Source of the DNA: a bacterium
Lineage (GTDB): Bacteria > SAR324 > XYD2-FULL-50-16 > G965216635
Length of the DNA stretch: 64,000 bases
Assembly (NCBI GenBank): GCA_965216635.1
Contig: OZ244188.1
Span: 2,016,001 to 2,080,000, forward strand
Direction: 5' to 3'
Shown: positions 57,401-64,000 of the stretch, in pieces
How positions within the stretch are numbered: the stretch's first letter is position 1
Layout: each line of letters opens with the position of its first letter
Program-made: the position numbers and the translations under genes
The notes under the pieces: generated by a model
What the model was told of the DNA's origin: nothing
Databases searched by the model: none
Seen by the model: the letters and a program-made list of their open reading frames with translations, nothing else

Positions 57401-60400
57401 CTTTTCTTTGTTCTGTGGTGAGGTTGTTTTCTAATCTTGTATCATTAATACTCAAGTGTATTGCAGAGACAGGTTCATCTTTAATTAGGTTGGCTATGTC
57501 TAGGTCTATTTGGGCTTGTTGATTATCTTTTAAGTAGTTAGCAATTTCTTTGGATTCTTCTGCATTGATAGTAGCTGTCATATTACCTTGAACGACTATA
57601 TTGACCGTTCTACCTGAAATAATACTACCGTCAGCTGCATCTATTTTTGCACTAACTAATTTAGAAAGATAAACTCTAGGAACAAGATATTTTCTAGTTA
57701 CTCCATTGATAGTGATTTCTTCTTCTACATACCAAACTATATTTTTAGTAAGTCTATCTAGTTGATCTGGAGTCAAGGCTACTCCAGGGGCTAGTTGTAA
57801 TGCTTCTGCTAGACTAATCGCATTGTCTAATAAGAGCTTCATTTTTTCTGAGAAAGGCATATCTGCTTCTCCTATAAGAGCATCTGCGGCTAATCGGGTT
57901 ATATCTTCTTGGATTTTTTTATTGTCGTAAAAAGAATCTCCCAATGCCTGTTGTCCATCATCGAGTTCTATTCCAAGTTGCATAAAAAAATAATCAGCAC
58001 CGTAAAGATTTTGAATTTTTGCAATATCAAACCTGCTTTCTATGGCATATTTTCTTGTTGCAGAAGGGGGAGCAATAGTAAAAAGAGGAGTTTGAGCTAC
58101 GGTTAAAGGGTTAGTGGGTGTGTTAGCTTTGTAGTCATAGTTATTAGCGTATTCGTATTTTGTGCCGTGGATGTTTGAATTTGGATCTTCATCTGGAACA
58201 TCTGCGGTCGTTACTTCTCCATTGCTAAATTTGTTTTCTAAGTTACCAGAAATAGTGCCTCCGACAGATACGATAGAGATTATTTTATAACCAGTATAAG
58301 AGGTTGTGCTTGTTGAAGGATAATACGTTTCTGTTGTTACATAAGGATCACAAAATAAAGTAAAACCTAGCTCGTAGCATCTTCTTGTACGATTTGTGAT
58401 TGTATAAGCTCCTTTATAGTAAATTTGAATGAGTTTTTTTGGGTCATTCTTAAAACTATTACCTTCTATATGAAGGGAGTTATTAGAACGAATATAAGAG
58501 AGATAGTTTATAATATTCCCGCTCGCGATAAGTTTCATATTGCCACCAGAATAGATTCTGCCTATTGAGCCTTCTATATTTTCTGTCTCTACCGTGTTTC
58601 TCCATACAATATCATCTGAATCTGTACCACTAGTTTTAATATAAGATATAGGATTTATTCTGTTGTTTTCAATACTATTACTATGGATTTCTAAATCTCC
58701 TGAGGATTCTATCCATCCTCCTTCATTTCTAAAACTATTAGATTTTAGATAGCTTCCATCTGCGCTTACTCCACCAATAAGATACATATTTCCGAAAGAA
58801 TAGATAGTTCCTTTTTGGTTACTGAAATTAGTTTTGGTCTGGATATCTATAGTAGCAAAAGCAACTAATAAATCTGTGTTCGCAAAATCTGTTGTTTTGA
58901 TAGTAAGGTTGTTTCCTGTTAGAATTTCACGATCATTGGTGGTGTTATTTACGATAGATAAATTTAGATCATTTCCTATGTTAATTGCACCTTTGTTTTC
59001 AAAATTATCTGCGGTAATACTTAGATTGTTGGCACTAAGAGTGATGTTTTCACCGTTATAAAAATTGCTTGATGCTATATCGCTTGCCGCTATAATGTTT
59101 AAGTTATTGACTTGAAAACTGTCGCTGAATTGATTGTAAAAACTTCCTGTTGTGAAGATATTTAAACTATTTGCTTTGATATTGGCTCTGTTATTCTCAG
59201 TATTGTAAAAGTCGTTATCAATTATCAAATCAATATAATCACCAGCGATATTTGAATTAGAATCATTTTGAAAATCAGAGGCTTTGAGACTAAAATCATC
59301 AGCAGTAATATTTGATTCATTTTGATTATAAAAAACTTCTTCTGCTAAAATACTCAATCCTTCTGCATTAATGCTTGCTTTATTTTGGTTATAAAAATCT
59401 TTGTTTGTTGTTATATTCAAAAATTCTGCATTAATATTTCCGTTATCTTCGTTATAAAAATTATTGAATGCTGTAATATCAGAATTATTAGTAGTAATGC
59501 TTCCAGTGTTATGAAAATTTTTTGCTGCGATAATGGTTAAAGCATTAGAATTGATATTTCCAGTATTTGTAAAGTTGTAGCCCGATTGAATATAGGTATC
59601 TCCTGAAACTACTAAATTTCCTGCAACTGTTATATCTGATCTATCGGTGATTGAGCCACTAGGCGAAAAAACAATAAAATTGCCGTCTGCAGTAATGTCT
59701 CCAAGTGTTGTTGTATAGGCTTTGATGATAAAGTTTTTTGCTCTCAAATTTGCGGTGTTTGTGAAATTGTTGTCAGAACTGGCAATAAAATCGCCAATAC
59801 TCATAGCAGAATTTAAAACTATATCTTCGGCTTCTATATTAATATCTCCGTTTGCTTTCCATTTAGAATTTGCATTTGTAGTTAAAGCAGCATTGCTTTT
59901 GATATTGATGTTTTGGTTACTGGTGATATTGTGTAACAATAATTTACCAGCTGCATCTATTTCAATTTCTCCTGATGATGAAATAAGATTCCCTTGACTA
60001 TTAATCCCCAATCCAGATTCTGTGCTTCTTAAACTAATAGAATCTGCTTGTAGCTTGGTTAAAGAAGAAATATTTATCGCAAATTCTTTTAAGGATGTTG
60101 TTGCCGTAGTAGAATCTAAAATGGAGTTTATATAGTCGTATTTATTATTACCACTTAGGATAAGTAAATTTTTACCTGTTATAGATCCTGCTTGAATATT
60201 GTGATACCTAGAAACTAAATTGAGATTATCTGTTTCTATTCCATCTAAACCAGACCTTTTTATAATTTCATTATCTGTCAAAAAATAATTTTCATTGATA
60301 GTAATATCTGCATTGTTGATACTAAACTCAGTAAGTGCGGTATTAGAGTTAAAATTACTTGTGCCAGTAATTAAATCTACTCTATTAGCATTGATAAAAC

Positions 60401-63400
60401 CGCAACCAGAACAGGTAATGCCGTTGGGGTTGGCTATAATCAAACCAGCTTGAGCTCCGAAAATTTCTCCGTAACCATTTAAAAAACTCCTATTGTTGCT
60501 AGTGATTTGGTTTAAGATAAGAGTAGCCAAATCTCCATCGCTATAGTTAGGGTTTTTAAATAAATCTCCTGCTAGTTTGGAAGTTCCATAAATATCGCTA
60601 TTATTAAAAATAATGCCTTGGTTTGGAATATTAAAAATTTCATAAGTATTATTAGAAAGTCCGTTGGCATCTGGTTTGGCTATGTTGATAACATTTATAT
60701 CTCTACCAAGAGGTGTATCAATAAGGGTGTTTGTGTTTCCAGTAGGAGTGGTATCAGCAAAATTATAATACTCTGGACGAACCTCTAAAGTATAGCTAGT
60801 GGTCTCGGTTAAAGGTTGAACATCAAAAGTTCCTCTAGGACTAAATTCTGGAGGTTGATAGCTATAATATAGATTTGAAGTAGTGTTTGAAGAATTAGGA
60901 TCTTCTGTAGGAATGCTTGAATCTGGAGTAGTGTTTGAAGAATTAGGATCTTCTGTAGGAATGCTTGAATTTGTAATATTATTTGCAGAACTTGAATCGT
61001 CCTCAGTAGAAACACTTGAATTTGAGGATAAACCTGAATTTAGGTTGTTAAAAATAGGAACATCAGGAGTGCTAATGGTAATGACTTGATTGAAAATATT
61101 TCCTGTAGATCTATTTCCGCTATCATCAACAATTGTATGAGCAAAAAAATTAGTAGTATTAGTGGTAATATTGCCACTGTTAGAAAACTTATCTACAGCT
61201 AGATCTAAATTTCCAGCTTGAATATCTCCAATATTAGAAAAAGTGTCTTCTACAGCGATACTCAAATCTCTAACACTAATCTCTGAGTCACTATAATTAT
61301 AAAAATTGTTTGTTAGTATATTAAAGTTATTAGCTCTAATATCACCATATCTAATATATAAACTGTTTGTTACTGTAAGATTGAAATTATTAGCTTGAAT
61401 TTCACTATTTCTAATAATAATATTATTAATGCAGTCTGAATATAGAAAACCTGGTGAAAAAACTGGTAAACATTGAGGTAAATTTTGATAAGTTTTATAC
61501 CCAACAATATCACTAATATTTTCAAAATGGTTTGCTTTAATATTTAAGTTATAGGCAGTAATATTGCCACCATTATAAGAAACATCAATTTGGTCATAAT
61601 AGAAATGATTGAAACAAGAGAAGAATACAGGTTGGCTGCAGTATCTTTTTGAAGTGGAGACTACATCAATACTACCATTATTAAAATAATCTGCTGAAAC
61701 ATTTAAATTATTAGCACTAATCGTTGCGTTGTTGTTGGAAAAACTACCTCCTGCTAAGACACTAAAACTACCTGCACTAATCGTTGCATCATCTCTGTTG
61801 TAAAAGTCACCTGAAGTTGTAACATTAAAACTACCTGCACTAATCGTTGCATCATCTCTGTTGTAAAAGTCACCTGAAGTTGTAACATTAAAACTACCTG
61901 CACTAATCGTTGCATTATCTCTGTTGTAAAAGTCACCTGAAGTTGTAACATTAAAACTACCAGCGTTAATCGTTGCGTTCTTGATATTGTAAAAATCATC
62001 TGCTGTAACATTAAAGCTACTAGCGTTAATCGTTGAGTAAGTTGAGCGATTAGAATCATATCCATTGTAAAAGCCACCTCCAACTGTAACATTAAAACTA
62101 TCAGCGTTAATAATCGCTTCAGAATAAAGATTCGATCCATTATGAAAGTCAGCTCCTGCTACAACATTAAAGCTACCAGCGTTAATCGTTCCGTATTCGT
62201 AGTTATTAAAATCTCTTCTAACTGTAATATCAAAGTTATCAGCAGTAATAGTTCCAAAGTTATTAAAATCCCTTGCTGTAATATCAAAGTTATTAGTATT
62301 AATTGTTGCTCGATTGGAAAAGTTATTTTCAGTTGTAACATTAAAACTATCAGCGTTAATCGTTGCGGAGGATTCATTGCTAAAGAAGCCTCCTACTGTA
62401 AGATTGAAGCTACCAGCGTTAATCGTTGCGTAGGAGCGGAAGAGAAATCCAGTTGTAACATTAAAGCTATCAGCACTAATCGTTTCGTAGTGATTGTAAA
62501 AGCCACCTCCAACTGTAACATTGAAGCTGTTTACGGTAAGGTCGGCATAATTAAAAAAACTACCGTCTGTCGTAATACCTAAATTATTAAAGGTAAAACC
62601 ATTAAAAGAAGTAGTTGTATGGGTAAAACTATTGGTGAGTATCAAATTTAAATTATCTGTAGAAATAGTTGCGGTGTTGTAAATATCAGCAAAGTCCGTT
62701 ACTTCAATCGTTACACTATCAGCAATAATCGTTGATGAATTTATATTGTTAAAGTCATCTCCAGCTACAACATTAAAGCTACCTGCATTAATCATCCCAG
62801 AATAAACACTACCCACTCCATTATGAAAGTCATTTTCAACTACAACATTGAAGCTATCAGCGTTAATCGTTGAGTTAGTATTGTAAAAGTTATCTCCAAC
62901 TGTAACATTAAAAGTATCAGCGTTAATCTTCGTAACGTTACCAGAATTGTAAAAGTAAGTTCCAGCTGTAACATCAAAGCTACCTGCGTTAATCGTTGCG
63001 CCATTTTCAAAGTAAGTTCTAGCCGTAACAGCAAAGCTGTCCGCGGTAATCGTTCCGTTGTTATTGCCAAAGCTAGTTCCAGCCGTAACCTTCAAACTAT
63101 CCACACTAATCGTTGATAAGTTATAATTGTTAAAGTTATCTCTAGCCACAATATTCAAGCTATCCGCGTTAATCGTTGCGAGATTGCCGTTCCAAAAATT
63201 TTCAGCCGCAACATCAAAGCTACCAGCGTTAATCGTTGCGGATTCGTTGTAAAAGTAACCTCCCGCCGTAACATCAAAACTATTTATGGTAAGGTCCGCT
63301 TCATTGTTAAAATAACCGTCTGTAGAAACATCTAAATTATTAAAAGTAAAACCATTAAAGGAAGTGCTGCTACGGGTAAAATCATTGGTGAGAATAAAAT

Positions 63401-64000
63401 TTAAAGTATTTGCTGAAACAGTTCCAGTGTTGGTAACATCATTAGCAAAGTCTGTTACTTCAATCGTCACAGTATCAGCGTTAATCGTTGCTGAATCTTG
63501 ATTGAAAAAATTACTTTCCACTGTAACATTAAAGCTATTAGCATTAATCGTTGCGGAACCATAATTGGTAAAGTTATTTGCTGTTGTAACAGCAAAGCTA
63601 TTAGCATTAATCGTTGCTGAAATATTGAAAAAATTAGTTTTAGCCGTAATATTAAAACTACCCGCATTAATCGCTGCTGAGTCTCTATTGACAAATTGCT
63701 TTACGGCAACATCAAAACTATTTGTGTTAATCGTTGCTGAATCTTGATTAAAAAAATTACTTTTCGCTGTAACATTAAAGCTACCTGCGGTAATCGTTGC
63801 GTAGTTACGAAAATTATCTCCTATTGAAAAAATCGCATCACTAAAAACGTCAAGGTTGCCATCAATAGAAGCACTTCCTTGAGTAAGCAGACTAAAGTTG
63901 CCATCTGCGGTAATATCTCCTAATGTTGCTCTCTGAGATGTTATAGTGAAGTTTGTCGCTCTTAAACTCGCACTATTTTCAAAATTCCCATCTGTGCTTG
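54405..64000 (-). CDS. filamentous haemagglutinin/CdiA-like two-partner secretion exoprotein with VENN motif (5' end outside window)
   Basis: Frame stays open from 63998, so more than 3190 aa; beta-helix repeats, internal TPS domain (ANPNGITCSGCGFINA), FHA-2-like repeats, AVENN at about 55251-55265. Confidence 0.9.
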   Translation of the reverse strand, partial: STDGNFENSASLRATNFTITSQRATLGDITADGNFSLLTQGSASIDGNLDVFSDAIFSIGDNFRNYATITAGSFNVTAKSNFFNQDSATINTNSFDVAVKQFVNRDSAAINAGSFNITAKTNFFNISATINANSFAVTTANNFTNYGSATINANSFNVTVESNFFNQDSATINADTVTIEVTDFANDVTNTGTVSANTLNFILTNDFTRSSTSFNGFTFNNLDVSTDGYFNNEADLTINSFDVTAGGYFYNESATINAGSFDVAAENFWNGNLATINADSLNIVARDNFNNYNLSTISVDSLKVTAGTSFGNNNGTITADSFAVTARTYFENGATINAGSFDVTAGTYFYNSGNVTKINADTFNVTVGDNFYNTNSTINADSFNVVVENDFHNGVGSVYSGMINAGSFNVVAGDDFNNINSSTIIADSVTIEVTDFADIYNTATISTDNLNLILTNSFTHTTTSFNGFTFNNLGITTDGSFFNYADLTVNSFNVTVGGGFYNHYETISADSFNVTTGFLFRSYATINAGSFNLTVGGFFSNESSATINADSFNVTTENNFSNRATINTNNFDITARDFNNFGTITADNFDITVRRDFNNYEYGTINAGSFNVVAGADFHNGSNLYSEAIINADSFNVTVGGGFYNGYDSNRSTYSTINASSFNVTADDFYNIKNATINAGSFNVTTSGDFYNRDNATISAGSFNVTTSGDFYNRDDATISAGSFNVTTSGDFYNRDDATISAGSFSVLAGGSFSNNNATISANNLNVSADYFNNGSIDVVSTSKRYCSQPVFFSCFNHFYYDQIDVSYNGGNITAYNLNIKANHFENISDIVGYKTYQNLPQCLPVFSPGFLYSDCINNIIIRNSEIQANNFNLTVTNSLYIRYGDIRANNFNILTNNFYNYSDSEISVRDLSIAVEDTFSNIGDIQAGNLDLAVDKFSNSGNITTNTTNFFAHTIVDDSGNRSTGNIFNQVITISTPDVPIFNNLNSGLSSNSSVSTEDDSSSANNITNSSIPTEDPNSSNTTPDSSIPTEDPNSSNTTSNLYYSYQPPEFSPRGTFDVQPLTETTSYTLEVRPEYYNFADTTPTGNTNTLIDTPLGRDINVINIAKPDANGLSNNTYEIFNIPNQGIIFNNSDIYGTSKLAGDLFKNPNYSDGDLATLILNQITSNNRSFLNGYGEIFGAQAGLIIANPNGITCSGCGFINANRVDLITGTSNFNSNTALTEFSINNADITINENYFLTDNEIIKRSGLDGIETDNLNLVSRYHNIQAGSITGKNLLILSGNNKYDYINSILDSTTATTSLKEFAINISSLTKLQADSISLRSTESGLGINSQGNLISSSGEIEIDAAGKLLLHNITSNQNINIKSNAALTTNANSKWKANGDINIEAEDIVLNSAMSIGDFIASSDNNFTNTANLRAKNFIIKAYTTTLGDITADGNFIVFSPSGSITDRSDITVAGNLVVSGDTYIQSGYNFTNTGNINSNALTIIAAKNFHNTGSITTNNSDITAFNNFYNEDNGNINAEFLNITTNKDFYNQNKASINAEGLSILAEEVFYNQNESNITADDFSLKASDFQNDSNSNIAGDYIDLIIDNDFYNTENNRANIKANSLNIFTTGSFYNQFSDSFQVNNLNIIAASDIASSNFYNGENITLSANNLSITADNFENKGAINIGNDLNLSIVNNTTNDREILTGNNLTIKTTDFANTDLLVAFATIDIQTKTNFSNQKGTIYSFGNMYLIGGVSADGSYLKSNSFRNEGGWIESSGDLEIHSNSIENNRINPISYIKTSGTDSDDIVWRNTVETENIEGSIGRIYSGGNMKLIASGNIINYLSYIRSNNSLHIEGNSFKNDPKKLIQIYYKGAYTITNRTRRCYELGFTLFCDPYVTTETYYPSTSTTSYTGYKIISIVSVGGTISGNLENKFSNGEVTTADVPDEDPNSNIHGTKYEYANNYDYKANTPTNPLTVAQTPLFTIAPPSATRKYAIESRFDIAKIQNLYGADYFFMQLGIELDDGQQALGDSFYDNKKIQEDITRLAADALIGEADMPFSEKMKLLLDNAISLAEALQLAPGVALTPDQLDRLTKNIVWYVEEEITINGVTRKYLVPRVYLSKLVSAKIDAADGSIISGRTVNIVVQGNMTATINAEESKEIANYLKDNQQAQIDLDIANLIKDEPVSAIHLSINDTRLENNLTTEQRKEYDAIVDKKLVDARAKFEGALNNKIAQMRKEGKSESEIKRVKETDFDEQSYTNLIKKAYFSILGNRERVVNSGTIRSVDGTTIQAGNVSNTGTLQSDNALNLIASNNINSSGSLQAGNGGIYLNAQGSINVESLYKETEDGENIDGVIYQNASVRTTGNFTAIAGQDINIVAADVNAGEDIYLIAEGNISAESIGVINKEQRSDGFTKTTTHAFSNINAGGNLITRSGGNTVIQGANLEAQGDVDIHADGGLYVVPVYNTTEGERNTRGRGGDGIFKSAKGNDIKTTWYNATAVSSSIKSGGSLSLSGNTEVLLKAAELKAGKDGKNDLYLTSKEGAIRFETAEESNYYSRTEKGRGSLWQKDKGDGHNNSTQKDNNIQGNLKIKAAKGVKLDYVKQKTTKKRCVVFKGCRNIDTYETDEEAKARLQKEGGWQSQVLAQAGDSVEFTGKTNSYQSLDYNNSGLTEEAALAVTLVVAGATGGVGGAIIGAGLSSLATVAAVSLINEVGRGNNLEGALTETSHNTFTEENLRNAAVASVTAAAVSGIDALAGVEKTPTATDYGAFGNEYVQKLAHTTVGTAVQSLAAGETLKEFGYRLEADYKAAVIDTVAEKGANFIGENLAADSKAGGIGSAAYLGHKAAHAGLGCAVGIWKAGDCKSGAFGGVAGEIVGEAVGNNTDLSDAQVSTISQIATIFPAGANGLDINVAQQSAKNAVENNFLYTDPERNLEKAKELCFENNMKEACDAVAVLEKNNLKHKEREEKEQRSINRTTKDILESVDEYDRLILSDFSDALDKKKGFPTHGKDFHNTTKNTEEIFKLQTDIIMDYFTKGGMTTSKITLKLLESIITTESLPESLEDIIPYSQIFRLYNEHNPKIPNSIEGVFIMPTIKAMRTFEKLFDNDSFRIRRHESVNYENFMNYTNPDDIFFPNKSKSSTDFTKFLKKNIDYRKLTKDILDALPNPNDPPEGGWRNPFAPSSNVQSPPSYHERDFSGKPLLK
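60884..60970. repeat. in-frame duplication of SSIPTEDPNSSNTT
   Basis: Two copies in the linker before the internal TPS domain. Confidence 0.8.
61764..61961. repeat. 3 x 63-bp near-perfect coding repeat
   Basis: GSFNVTTSGDFYNRD(D/N)ATISA units. Confidence 0.9.

Noticed and set aside
63467..63521. Start of the exoprotein at 63521 as given in the ORF track
   Set aside because: The frame is open to the window edge; this GTG is an internal Val in a repeat
61754..63747. Alternative-frame ORFs inside the exoprotein repeats
   Set aside because: Shadows of the repetitive beta-helix coding sequence

Overview
AT-rich (roughly 30% GC by eye) bacterial chromosome segment that spans the likely replication origin (dnaA-dnaN, with mnmG divergent). 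It looks like a host-associated Gram-negative; the taxon cannot be fixed from sequence alone. Housekeeping genes include fmt, apt, gloB, msrB, tatA, a FabY-like synthase, tatD, ald, thrB, pyrE, rnhA, secA (split at an A9 run), an IscS-like desulfurase, olsBA-like genes, ftsY and valS. Accessory DNA includes: (1) a decayed integron-type cassette cluster with no integrase (EcoRV-like R-M pair, orphan antitoxin, ABM gene, secreted repeat protein), rebuilt as a gene-scale repeat-cargo array (A-B|C|A-B|D|A-B|C|A); (2) two single inserts (vapBC and a HEPN/Zn-ribbon gene), each bracketed by a duplicated end of the neighbouring housekeeping gene; (3) about ten modular palindromic MITE-like elements; (4) two paralogous beta-barrel genes with large variable loop inserts, delimited by three REP-like hairpins; (5) a CdiA/FHA-like VENN exoprotein of more than 3190 aa with an internal TPS domain, followed by an IS5 element and an orphan toxin-tip/immunity tail. 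DnaA has a divergent DNA-recognition helix, and no canonical DnaA box was found at the origin although the DnaA-trio element is intact. One TPP riboswitch. No rRNA, tRNA or CRISPR array seen.
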